Under the pieces are notes generated by a model. It did not search any database. It worked only from the letters and a program-made list of their open reading frames with translations, and was not told where the DNA came from. A stretch of DNA of 64,000 nt from Hemiscyllium ocellatum (taxonomy: Eukaryota): NCBI RefSeq assembly GCF_020745735.1, contig NC_083418.1, positions 6,111,374 through 6,175,373 on the forward strand, written 5' to 3'. Numbering within the stretch: position 1 is the first letter of the stretch; each line of letters starts with the position of its first letter. Shown here in pieces: positions 35,924-47,800 of the stretch. The position numbers and the translations under genes are program-made.

Positions 35924-36514
35924 CAGAGGCTCTAATTCATGTGATTCACACCAGAAATATTCCAAGCCTTCAGTTCAATGATATCAATAAACTCCACCTG
36001 ACTCTCCGGCTAGTGATGTGGAAATTAATGGTCTAATTAATAGTGCCAGACGATGCCTAGGACAACATCACTTTATTCAACTAAAGTCAGCAATATACAT
36101 TAACAATGCGAAAGGCACAAAATGTACTTTTACCCAGAACAACCAGTTACATCTGCATTCAGACACAAAATTCAGACCATTGCCCAGAAGATAGACTAGC
36201 TCTCACAAAATTGGAAATGATTTTGTTTGATAAAACAGTCCATCCTAGACTTGCTTAGAGACACTCGTGACAACAAAATTGCTTGTTTTTTTTTGTGTGG
36301 GGTAACACATGAAATGTTACTGTATTCCGACTGATGTGAACCATTTGCACTTCAAGTTATTTGAAAACGTCTTACACAACAGATAAGGGAGCAAATTTTA
36401 GAAATCATTGATCAAAGAGGCATTTTTTTGGACTCAAGGAAGATCCATAGTGATATTTTGTAAATGTTTGAAGCTGTAATTGCTTTAATGTTTTAACTAA
36501 GTCATTGGCATACA
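35924..36514 (-). repeat. Older diverged inverted repeat, arm B
   Basis: Contains ggaagatccatagtgatattttgtaaatgtttg (also at about 1718-1749) and aattagaccattaatttccaca in reverse. Confidence 0.85.
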
Positions 36515-37030
36515 GTGGACATACAGATGAGGACCAGGAGGGGTCCCTGTTGCGATTGGAGGGATGGGGTTCAAGGGAATCATCGACCATGTGGGAGGGG
36601 AAATTACAGTATTTGATAAAGGATCTGGGATGTTTTATGGTGGAACTGGTCCTCCTGGGAGCAGATGCGGTGGAGGCAGAGGAATTGAGAATAAAGGATG
36701 GCATTTTTACAGGAGGTCGGGTGGGAGAAGGTGTAGTCCAGGTAGCTGTGGGAGTCAGTGGGCTTGTAGTAAATGTTTAGTTGGTCACTGATGGAAAGGT
36801 CTAGGAAAGGGAGGGAGGTGTCCGAGATGGTCCCTGTAAAGTTTATGTCAGTGTGGAAGGTTTTAGTAAAGTTGATGAACTGTTCAACCTCCTAGTGGTT
36901 GCATGAGGTGGCGTTGAAACAGTCATCAATGTAGCGGTGGTAAAGGTGGACAACGATACGCGTGTAGCTGTGGAAGATTGACTGTCCCACATATCTGACA
37001 AAGAGGCAGGCATAGCTGGGGTCCATCCAG
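36515..37030 (-). mobile_element. Penelope-like retroelement RT fragment
   Basis: Minus strand reads PSYACLF...RYIDD (36922-36933)...FTGTISDTSLPFLDL...YYKPTDSHSYLDYTFSHPTSCKNAILYSQFLCLHRICS, the PLE RT catalytic and thumb pattern. Confidence 0.8.
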
Positions 37031-37330
37031 GTTAGATTAGATTAGATTACCTAGTGTGGAAACAGGCCCTTCGGCCCAATAACTTCACACCGACCCGCCG
37101 AAGCGCAACCCACCCATTCCCCTACATTTACCCCTTACCTACGGGCAATTTAGTATGGCCAATTCACCTGACCCGCACATCTTTGGACTGTGGGAGGAAA
37201 CCGGAGCACCCAGAGGAAACCTACGCAGACACGGGGAGAATGTGCAAACTCCACACAGTCAGTCACCTGAGGCGGGAATTGAACCCAGGTCGCTGGCGCT
37301 GTGAGGCAGCAGTGCTAACCACTGTGCCAC
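37031..37330 (-). mobile_element. Full-length HE1-like SINE
   Basis: Minus head gtggcacagtggttagcactgctgcctcacagcgccagcgacctgggttcaattccc with A-box- and B-box-like motifs; (TCTAA)n tail at 37031-37048. Confidence 0.9.
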
Positions 37331-38479
37331 TGTGTCCATGGCTACCCCTTTGGTTTGGAGGAAGTGGGAGGATTGAAAGGAAATATAGTTGAGGTTGAGC
37401 ATGTATTGCTTGGGTTGACGTGACAGGAAGAAATGGAGAGCTTCGAGGCCTACATCATGGCTTTTGGATGTGTACAGGGCCTGGACATTCTGGGGCTTAT
37501 CAATAGCTTGCAGTTATTATGGAACTGCAGGGGCAATGGCTGGGAACTCAGAGAAACCAATGTTTCAGTCTTCGTTCTGACCAAAACATTTAAACACCAC
37601 AAAGCTCATTGTAGGAAATGCCAGTGCTGCAACTTTTAATAATATTTGAAACTTTGTTAAAAATAGGGATTTTTAGTCATAGTTTCTGAAATAATCAAGA
37701 AAAGAATTAACCATTAGAACAAGCTCTATCAAAGAGAGAGGATTTGCAAAGTTTGAAACCATACAGTGCTGTGGCTTTTTTAAATTCAATGTCGGTCAGA
37801 GTTAGATACAGACAAGGTGATCTTTCCATATATTGATTCTGTCAATCGGACACACCAACATACCTGTCTGTAAAAAACTGTATTATTTGTTTAGTTGATC
37901 AAAATTTAAGAAATAGGTCAAACAGGAAAGCTGGGAACATTAAATCTGAAGAGAGAGTAAGAAGTAGTACAAGATCAAAGACATGAAAAGGTGCATGTCA
38001 ATGTATTCCAGACATTAGTAAATCGAATGAGCTTGTTAGATAGTCGAGAGACTCGTCCAACGAAGTCTTGGAATCAGACCGTGAAATAGAGATCGAAAGG
38101 TCAATTTGCAAATGTCACTTCAATGCGATCGCTTCACACTCTGTGTGCTGATATAAGCCACATTGGCAGACGGTTCTGCCAGATTGTATCCCCTGGGTTT
38201 TTTTCTGATCAGAAGTCAGATGTGTGGCTTGCTGCTGGCACATAGAAACTGGAAGTTGCGCGCCAGTTGAGAATGATATACCAGGCGCTACTTTCCGTAT
38301 TATCAGCACAAACAATCTTCCTACCTCTGAGGGTGAACACACTGACAGTGTCAAGGACAAACGGACAGATTGCTGTTGGTCTCAATATTGTATTCAATTC
38401 CATTCCCATTTTCCAGAGTGAAACAGAAGAGACACAAGATTATTTCAGCTAGAGTAAATTATCTGTCAGAAAGATAAAA

Positions 38480-39190
38480 AGAGTTATCACCGGGTGAAAG
38501 GAGTGAAATGACAATATGTGGTTTCGCTCATCAACCTATGTTTAAAAGTAGAAAGCTTGAGGGAAATTAATAAATAAATCTAAGAGACAGCATTCATTAA
38601 AAGTTGGAATTGTAAGGTTTAAGCAATAAAATTCAGCATGGCTTTTGTGGAAGTGATATCATATCGGAAGTGGTTGATTCTGTTTTCCAGAGAGGCAATG
38701 AGATGTGTCATCGGGTGTAAAAAGTGGATGTAATGCTTCTTGACTTTAATCAGGTTTTTGACCAGATCTTGCATCTTCAATATGCTCAGGGTTCATTGGA
38801 TCTGGTGCAGTTTGGCAAATGCATCGAAGGTTTATTTGTTGGCAGAATGTAATGGACGAAGGTAGTCATTGTGAAGACATCTTGTGTCCAGTGGCTTACT
38901 TTCGGACTTGGTGCTGGATCCTTTGCTGTTTGCAGCGTAAATGAAGGATCTAGTCAAGAACGTAGCAACTTTGATCAGTAAGTTCAAAAATGAGGTGAAA
39001 AACGTTTGGTTTTGCAATTAATGAGGAGAAAAGCCAACGTGACATCGATGACCTTGCCTGTTGGAGAGAAAAATTGAAAACAGAACATTATATCCTAAAA
39101 TATGTGAAGTGAAGCATTTTCAAGACGAACAAATTAAGCGAATGTACGATGCATTGTTGGAATCTACAAATGCAAAGGATAAGCGATCTT
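38480..39190 (+). mobile_element. Ancient, highly decayed CR1 RT fragment
   Basis: cagcatggcttttgtggaag (QHGFV), gtggatgtaatg...cttgactttaatcaggtttttgac (VD..DF..AFD), gtgctggatcctttgctgttt (VLGPLLF) occur in CR1 order. Confidence 0.6.
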
Positions 39191-39569
39191 TTGTTGTGCA
39201 TATCCACATCATGGAATGGGGGTTGGAGTTATAGTCTGGAGATATTGTGGCTAGACCATTAATTCAGGAAACTGGGGTCTGAGCTTGCAGTGCTGCCACA
39301 TCAAGTCATGAATTAAAGTTGATAATTAAACGACTCATTGAAGGAATAAGCTCCACCGATATCTCCTTGCTCTGCTTTGGAGAGCAAAACACATCCGCGC
39401 AAAAGTTAAGGCTGAAGCAGTCACAGCAATCATCAGCCCAAAGTGTCAATTGTCTGATCCATCTCGGTATCTTCCATAGATCACCAATATTACAGATACC
39501 TGTCTTCAGGGAAATCGCTTCTCTTCATGTGAAATCAAGACACTGTTGGGCGGGGGGCACTGGTTGCTG

Positions 39570-39625
39570 AATGAAATTAAATTTCATTAAATTCATTTCA
39601 TTAAATTCATTCAATTCATTCAATT
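39570..39625. repeat. AT-rich simple repeat (ttcatt/aaatt)
   Basis: atgaaattaaatttcattaaattcatttcattaaattcattcaattcattcaatt. Confidence 0.7.
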
Positions 39626-40500
39626 AACCCCCCCTCCCACATTCTTCTGAATTCCCATGAGTATAATCCCAGTCTGCTCAAACTCTCCTCATAAGCCAAC
39701 CCCCTCATTTCCAGAATCAACGTAATCAACCTCCTCAGCAAACCCCACCCCAGTGCCATCTCATGTAAGGTGATGAAAAGTATATAGCGTACTCCAGGCG
39801 TGGCCACACCGGCGCCCTACACAGCTGCAGCGGAAAGTCCTAATTTTAAACTCTATCCTCTGCCAATGAATGACATTATTCCAATTATCTTCCTAATTAG
39901 CTACTGCACTTGCAAACCACACTTTTATGTTTCATGCACAAGAAGACCCAGGTCCCTCTGCACAGCAGCATTCTGTTTGTTATTATTCCTACCAAAATGG
40001 ATGACGTCACGTTTACTAATATTGTACTCCATCTGCCAGACTCTTGCCCACTCTCTTAACCTGTCTATATCCTCCTGCGCACTTTGCTCTATCACTCATT
40101 TAAGTGCCTTCTGCGAACTACAACACACTACACTTGGGTCTCTAACTCGAAGCAATCTACCTGAATTGTAAACAATTGCAATCCCAACAATGTAAACAAT
40201 TGCAGTCCCAACACTCATCCCTGAGACACACCACTCGCCACTGATTGCCAACCAAAAAAACACCCATTCATCCCCACATTTTGCATTCTGTTAGTTAACC
40301 AGTTTTCTATCCATGCTAATGCATTGCCCATAACACTGTGCATCTTCATCTTATGCAGCAGCCTTTTGTGCAGCACCTTGCTGAATGCCTTTTGGAAATC
40401 CAGATATACCACTTTACCAGTTCCCCATCGTCTACCACGCTCATTATGAACTCAAAGAATTCCAATTAATCAGTTAAACATGACCTGCCTTTCATGAACC
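39626..40500 (-). mobile_element. CR1 RT fragment(s)
   Basis: ORF 40215-40412 MVYLDFQKAFSKVLHKRLL...LAWIENWL...SGVSQG; ORF 39616-39807 EMRGLAYEESLSRLGLYS. Confidence 0.85.
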
Positions 40501-40514
40501 CAAGCTTTATTAAA

Positions 40515-41300
40515 TAAATGTGAGGTGCTGCATTTTTGTAAGGCAAACCGGGGAAAGACTTATACAATTAATGGCTGGGCCTTGGGGAGTGCTGCTGAGT
40601 AAAGAAACCAAATGGAACAGATGCATCATTCCTTGAAAGTAGAGTTGCAGGTAGACAGGGTGGGGAAGAAGGTGTTTGGCATGCTTTCCTTTATTGGTCA
40701 TAACATTAAGTGTAGGAGTAGCGATTTCATGTCTCAGCTGTACAGAACATTTGTGAGGCCACATTTACAATAATTACAGACAAATCTGGCTGACCATTTC
40801 GATGAAGGATTTTGTGAAACTTGAGGGTACGTAGAAATGATTTCCAAAAAACGATGCTGGAACTGGAGTGTTTAAGGTATAAGGTGAAGCTGAACAGGTT
40901 GGGGCTTTTCTTTTCCCTACAGTGAGAGGAAAGGAGGCTGAGGAGTGGCCAGAACAAGACCTATAAAATCATGCAGGGCATTGATATGGTGAATAGCCAA
41001 GGCCTTTTTCCTCGAGTGGGAGAGTCCAAAACTAGAGGACAGCAGATTAAGGTGAGATGAGAAACATTTGAAAAGAACCTGAGGGGTAACCTTTTCACGT
41101 GTATGTATGGAAAAAGCTGAGTGGTAGTGGTGGAGACGAATAATATTACTGCGTTTAAAAGGCACCTGGATTGGTGTATGAATAGGTAACATTTAGAGAA
41201 AGATAGGCCAAATGTTTGGCAAATGGTACTCAGTCAGGTTGGGATATCTGGTCAGTGCAGTTGGACTGAAGGGTCTGTTTCTGTGCCTGTGTTTGTATGA
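40515..41300 (+). mobile_element. CR1 3' fragment
   Basis: aaatgtgaggtgctgcatttt...aaaactagaggaca...gggtaaccttttcac...gactgaagggtctgtttctgtgc. Confidence 0.7.
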
Positions 41301-41349
41301 CCATAATGTTTGTTAAAACTGAAAAGAAGCTCTATTTTTACCACAGCTG

Positions 41350-41885
41350 GAATACTATGGACTGTTCTTGGGACTCATCTCACAAAGTAAAGGTACACTG
41401 GACTGTGAGACAATCTACACGAGGTTTAGTCGACTGATCCTGAGGATGGAGAGACTGTCTTGGGAGTAGAGACTGAATCGTTTGGGCCTATACTCAATGG
41501 AACATAGAAGATTCAGTAGTGACATTCTGAAACATCTATTATTTTCAGGAAACTTGATGGTGTAAACGCAGAAATGTTGTTTCCCCTTGTGGGAGAGTTT
41601 CGGACCAGTGAGTAAAATCTCTGAATTAGAGGTCACAAATGTCAGGCAGAACAGAATTTTGTCTCCCAGAATGTAATGAATCTGTGGAATTTGTTTCCAT
41701 AGAACACTGTCGAGGATGGGTCATTCAGTATTTTGAAGGCTGAAATGGGCAGGTTTTGATTTGGTAATTGAATCAATGCTTACAGTTAAACGCTGAAAAA
41801 TGGAGGTGAGGATTATCAGCTCAGCTATGATGTCATTGTTTGGAAGCCCAAACTCCATTGGCTGAACAGACTGCTTCTGGTTCCC
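41350..41885 (+). mobile_element. Decayed CR1 3' fragment
   Basis: gaatcgtttgggcctatactcaatggaacatagaag...tgtttccccttgtgggagag...gaatctgtggaattt...ggctgaacagactgcttctggttcc. Confidence 0.55.
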
Positions 41886-43610
41886 TATCATTGACTTTTG
41901 CTCTAAATTAGTCTTTTCCAGAATTATATAGGTCTCATCTAAATTAGCCTCCATTTCATGTTTAAAACCCAGCTGCTTCAATCCCTCCTCATCATGAAAA
42001 AAGACAGGGATCAGCGTTCTCACTGTTTGATGGCATTACATTCTGTCTCTAATGCAGTGACTACATTGAGAGTCGTCCAGTTCTGTTGAATATTTGTCAA
42101 ACACAACCACGGCTGTCACAGAAAAGGTTAACGACAGATCAAAACCACATTTAAATTACCATATCAAGCACACTGTTGGCATGTGTTGTATGGAATACAC
42201 ACACATTGCATATTAAAGCTCTCTCAGTACTCATTCATTAAACACTGCAAGGATTGTTCAGAGAAGATTTGCTTATGTGTTTGTGTATGTCTATGCCTGT
42301 AGATGATAATCTATTTGTATAACAAAGTTTCGCTGTATAGTATTGTTCCCTTTTTATTCTGGTATCAAGCATTTCAAAATCAGAAAGACAGTGGGTAGGA
42401 GTTCAAGCCCCTTTACAGGGCTACATCAATTTTTTTCCGTGATTGTACAGCTGATGTAATGTGCTGGGTAAATCTCCCTCTATATTGTGTTGTCCAATGC
42501 AATCATGTCAAATATATTTTGGTTTAGACACAGAGTAGAGCTGCATCCAGGATTCCCTAAAACAAATCCTCCCAGAGTCGATACAGAATTTCTGTGTTTA
42601 TTTACATAAATGCCTAATTGGCTTCAAGGAACTGATGATGGCAGCAAAGCCAGGTGAACAAAGTGATTTGTTGGTAAGTTTCAAATCGAAAAAAGTTTAT
42701 TTTAAGAATGTTGATCATTTGCAGAAGTGAATAAAAATTTATGAAGCCGAATTGCAACAGATTTTATTTATTTCTGAAAGATAAACAATTTAAAACTTTT
42801 ATTTAGGTTAACAGTTCAGTGCTGAAAATTCTGCAAATTTAGAACATTCACGTGAAATACTTGAAATGACATCAGGAATTGCTGCAACAATTACATTTAA
42901 TTGATTCAGTTATTATGAGGTTTCATTACATGTATTATTTAATGGTAAGGGCCAGCAATGAGTCCCTATCCCCAACTGCCCATTGAATAGCTTGCTAAAG
43001 CCACTTCAGAACACAGTCAATTACTTCCCAGTGGGTCTGGAATCTCATGTTGGCCAGACCATGTAAAGGTAACAGATGCCTTGTCATTCGTGAACCAGCT
43101 GTTTTTTTATTTTTCCATTGACTCGGGTTACATGGTCCGCATTTGGCTTTCTTTCTGATTCCAGGATTTCTTTAAATTCAAATTTCACTCTGGGCAAACG
43201 ATGGTATTCCAAACACTGACCATTCAACATCAAACTGGAGTGCGAGAATACTGGTCTCATGATATCATCACTGTGATCCTAATGTTGGAAATGCACAGAA
43301 AGCACAGAAATGCAATAAATCTGACACTTTACATCATGAACAAATATTGGAGTGGAATACTGGCAAGAACTCTCTTGCTGTCCACAGCAACATCACAGGA
43401 GACTTTGCATTCAATCATCAATCTAAAATCTGTATCGGACTCTATCTGAAGAGCCTGACTCACCGTACTTTGCATTTTTTGAATTCTTCATTGAATTATG
43501 AAAACATTCGTCACATATCCCAAGAAGGTGGTCATCAGCTACCTGTCATCTTGCTCGGCTAATTATGGTTGATCTTTCTTAAGAAGCTTTATTACAACCA
43601 AATGGCTTCT

Positions 43611-43728
43611 CAGTCGAGACTGTAGTGCTGGAAAAGTACAGCAGGTCAGGCAGCATCCGAGGAGCAGGAGAATCGACGTTTTGGGCATAAGACCTTCATT
43701 AAGATACCTGATGAAGTTGTTATGCCTG
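43611..43728. mobile_element. Partial hairpin element family A
   Basis: gctggaaaagtacagcaggtcaggcagcatccgaggagcaggagaatcgacgttttgggcataagacc. Confidence 0.65.
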
Positions 43729-43729
43729 T

Positions 43730-44870
43730 TACTCGCTGTTACTCGCTGCAGTATTCCTAGCCTCTGGCCTGCTCTTACAACCATTGTATTTATATGGAGT
43801 GTCCAGCTCAATTTCTAATGAACAATAAAACCCAGGAGGTCGATGGTGAGGGATTCAGTGATGGTAATACTATTGAATGTCAAGGGGTTTTGGTTAGATT
43901 GTCTCTTGTTGTCAATGGTCATTGTCTCGCAGTTTTGTGCTGTAAATGCTATTTGCCACTTGTCAGCTCAAGTCTGGAAATTGTCCAGATTTTGTTGCAT
44001 TTGAATGTGGACTGAACAGTCACAAAAAAAAAATGCTAGATCAATGCAGATTTCATTTCTGACCTTCTGATGGAGGGAAAGTCATTGTTGAAGCAGCTGA
44101 ACATGATTGTGCCAAGGAAACTTTCTTTAGGAACTCCAACAAAGATTTGCTTTGGCTGAGACGACTGACCTCTAACAAGCAGAGCCATCTTCCAATGTGT
44201 GAGGTCTGACTGCAGACAGCAGGGAGTTTGTCACCTGATACCCATTGAATCCAGTTTTGCTAGGACTCCACAATATCACACTCTGTCGAATGTCACTCTT
44301 CCCTCATTTCTGGAATTCAGTTCTTTGTCCATGTTTAAATCAACTAGGAGAAAGTGAGGACCGCAGATGCTGGAGATCTGAGCTTAAAAATGTGTTGCTG
44401 AAAAAGCACAGCAGGTCAGGCAGCATCAAAGAAGCAGGAGAATCAACGTTTCGGGCATAAGCCCTTCTTCAGGAATCAGGCTTCAGAAGGGCTTACGCCC
44501 AAAACGTCGATTCTCCTGCTCCTTTGTTGCTGCCTGACGTGTGTGCTTTTCCAGCAACACATTTTTAAGCCAAGTTTAAATTAAGTCTGTAATTCAGTCA
44601 TGAGCTGAGTAGGCCTTGCGTAACCCACATTTTATGTCACCGAGCAGGTTATGACTGAGCTAGTGCTGCTTGATAGCACTGTTGAAAGCACCTTCCTACA
44701 CCTAACACATGATTGAGCATGGACTGATGGAGCAGTAATTTGCCAGGATGGTTTGACCTATTTTCTGTGCACAGGACATGCCTGGCTTATTTTCCACATG
44801 GTCCATGCCAGTATTGTAGCTGCACTGGGAGTGCTTGGCTAGCACAAGTCATCAATATTATTGCCAGAAT
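43730..44870 (-). mobile_element. Decayed non-LTR retrotransposon RT region (CR1/L2 group), interrupted by the hairpin element at 44347
   Basis: Minus ORF 43563-43811 starts SWTLHINTMVVRAGQRLGILQRV, a LINE RT C-terminal pattern; upstream tcagaaggtcagaaatg...ttgatctagca and ccatggtccatgtggaaa fragments. Family and ends uncertain. Confidence 0.5.
44347..44570. mobile_element. Hairpin element family A with a well-formed hammerhead motif (minus strand)
   Basis: Minus gattc-CTGAAGA-AGGGCTTATGCCC-GAAACGTT-gattc at 44445-44472; a degenerate inverted partner on plus. Confidence 0.75.
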
Positions 44871-44884
44871 TTTGTCAGGCTCGA

Positions 44885-47800
44885 ATGATTTCAATTTAAT
44901 GAAATTTAATGAAATTAAATTGAATGAATGTTAAATGAATTAATTGAATGAAAGCGTTGTGCTTGACACTTTGAAGGAACGAGACACTCTCCACACATTG
45001 AATCAACAGGTGCAGATTAGTTCATGGAGTGAATGTGCGCAGTTTGATTGAGACAATGTGTGAAGGTTGTGACATTGAACGAATGAGACTAGTTCTGATC
45101 ATTGAATTGACAAGTACAGCCTCTTTCATTGAATGAACGTGTGCCGTTTGATTCACTAACCTGAGTGAGATAGGTTTGTTCCATTGAAACGAGGAACAAA
45201 GTTGAATACATTGAATCAGTGCTTGTAGTTTGATTCAATGATTCAATGAATGCAGCTTGCTTCATTGAATGAAAGCATTAATCATGACAGACTGAAAGAA
45301 TGAGAGAAGCTCTACTCAGTGAATTAAGACGTGCAGTCTGTATCATTGAATTGAACGAGTGCAGTTTATTTCATTGAATGAACGAGTGCAGTACGATTCA
45401 CTAAACAAGTAGATCACGAAATGTTTGTTCCATTGAAACAACGAATACGGTTTGATTCATTGAATCAATGCAATGATTTAATGAATGCAGTTTGTATAAT
45501 TGAATGAAAGCGTTGTGCTTGACACTTTGAAGAAATGAGAGACCCTCCATTCATTGAATCAACAGGTGCAGTTTAGTTCATGGAGTGAATGTGTGCAGTT
45601 TGATTGAGACAATGTGTGAAGCTTGTGACACTGAACGAATGAGACCAGCTCTACTTATTGAATTGACAAGTACAGCCTCTTTCAATGAATGAACGTGTGC
45701 AGTTTGATTCACTAACTGAGTTAGGTTTGTTCCATTCAAATAAGGAATGGGGTTTGATTCCCTGAAGCAGTGATTGTAGTTTGATTCAATGGTTCAATGA
45801 CTGCCGCTTACTTCATTGAATGAAAGCGTTAATCTTGACAGACTGAAAGAATGAGAGAAGCTCTGCTCAGTGAATTAAGACCTGCAGTCTGTATCATTGA
45901 ATTGAATGAGTGCAGTTTATTTCATTGTATGAACGTGTGCAGTACGATACACTAAACAAGTAGATCACAAAATATTTGTTTCATTGAATCAATTTAATGA
46001 TTGCAGTTTGTAGAATTGAATGAAAGCGTTGTGCTTGACACTTTGAAGGAATGAGAGAAGCTCCACTCTTTGAATTAACAGGTACAGTTTAGTTCATGGA
46101 GTGAATGTGTGCAGTTTGATTGAGACAATGTGTCAAGCTTGTGACATTGAACGAATGAGAGGAGCTCTACTTATTGAATTGACAAGTACAGCCTCTTTCA
46201 TTGAATGAACGTGTGCAGTTTGATTCACTAGCCAGAGTGAGTTAGGTTTGCTCCATTCAAACAAGGAATAAAGTTTGATTCATTGAATCAGTGATTGTAG
46301 TTTGATTCAATGATTCAATGAATTCAACTTGTGTCAGTGAATGAAAGCATTAAGCTTGACTCATTGAATGAAAGAGAGATACTCTACTCTTTGAATTAAG
46401 ACATGCAGTATGTAAAATTGAATTGAATGAGTGCAGTTTGTTTCATTGAATGAACGAGAGCAGTAGGATTCACTAAACAAGTGAAGCACGAAATGTTTGT
46501 TTCATTGAAACAAGGATTATGGTTTGACCCATTGAATCAATTCAATGATTTAATGAATGCAGTTTGTAGAAAAGATTGATAGCATTGTGCTTGACACTTT
46601 GAAGGATTGAGAGAAGCTCCACTCATTGAATTAACAGGTGCAGTTTAGTTAAGGGGGTGAATTGTGCAGTTTGTTTGAGACAATGTGTGAAGCTTGTGAC
46701 ATGGAACGAATGTGACCTGCTCTACTCTTTGAATTAACAGGACCAGTCTTTTTCATTGAATTAACGTGTGCAGTTTGATTCACTAACCAGAGTGAGTTAG
46801 GTTTGTTCCATTGAAACAAGGAATAAGGTTTGATTCATTGAATCAGTGATTGTAGTTTGATTCAATGAATTCAGCTTGTGTCATTGAATGAAAGCATTAA
46901 GCTTGACTCATTGAATGAAATAGAGATGCTCTACTCTCTGAATTAAGACCTGCAGTCTGTATCATTGAATTGAATGAGCGCAGTTTGTTTCATTGAATGA
47001 ACGAGTACTGTAGGATTCACTAAACAAGTGAATCACGAAATCTTTGTTTCATTGAAACAAGGAATAGGGTTGGTTCTTTGAATCAATTCAATGATTTATA
47101 AATGCAGTTTCTTTAATTGAATGAAAGCGTTGTGCTTGACACTTTGAAGGAATGAGAGTCGCTCCACTCTTTGAATTAACAGGTGCAGTTTAGTTCATGG
47201 AGTGAATGTGTGCAGTTTGATTGAGACAATGTGTCAAGCTTGTGACATTGAACGAATGAGAGCAGCTCTACTTATTGAATTGACAAGTACAGCCTCTTTC
47301 ATTGAATGAACGTGTGCAGTTTGATTCACTAACCAGAGTGAGTTAGGTTTGCTCCATTCAAACAAGGAATAAAGTTTGATTCATTGAATCAGTGATTGCA
47401 GTTTGATTCAATGATTCAATGAATTCAACTTGTGTCAGTGAATGAAAGAATTAAGCTTGACTCATTGAATGAAAGAGAGATACTCTACTCTTTGAATTAA
47501 GACATGCAGTATGTAAAATTGAATTGAATGAGTGCAGTTTGTTTCATTGAATGAACGAGTGCTGTAGGATTCACTGAACAAGTGAATCACGAAATGTTTG
47601 TTTCATTGAAACAAGGATTCTGGTTTGATTCATTGAATCAATTCAATGACTTAATGAATGCAGTTTGTAGAAAAGATTGATAGCGTTGTGCTTGACACTT
47701 TGAAGGAATGAGAGAAGCTCCACTCATTGAATTAACAGGTGCAGTTTAGTTCTTGGAGTGAATGTGTGCAGTTTGATTGAGAGAACGTGTGAAGCTTGTG

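Noticed and set aside
33703-36514. Autonomous DNA transposon with long TIRs
   Set aside because: No transposase motifs in the spacer ORFs and no identifiable target-site duplication; kept only as an inverted repeat.
34300-44880. Additional V, D, J or constant exons; short ORFs such as 34313-34606 and 41721-42023
   Set aside because: No Ig motifs, paired RSSs or coherent splice structure; the ORFs are short and unrecognisable or antisense to repeats.
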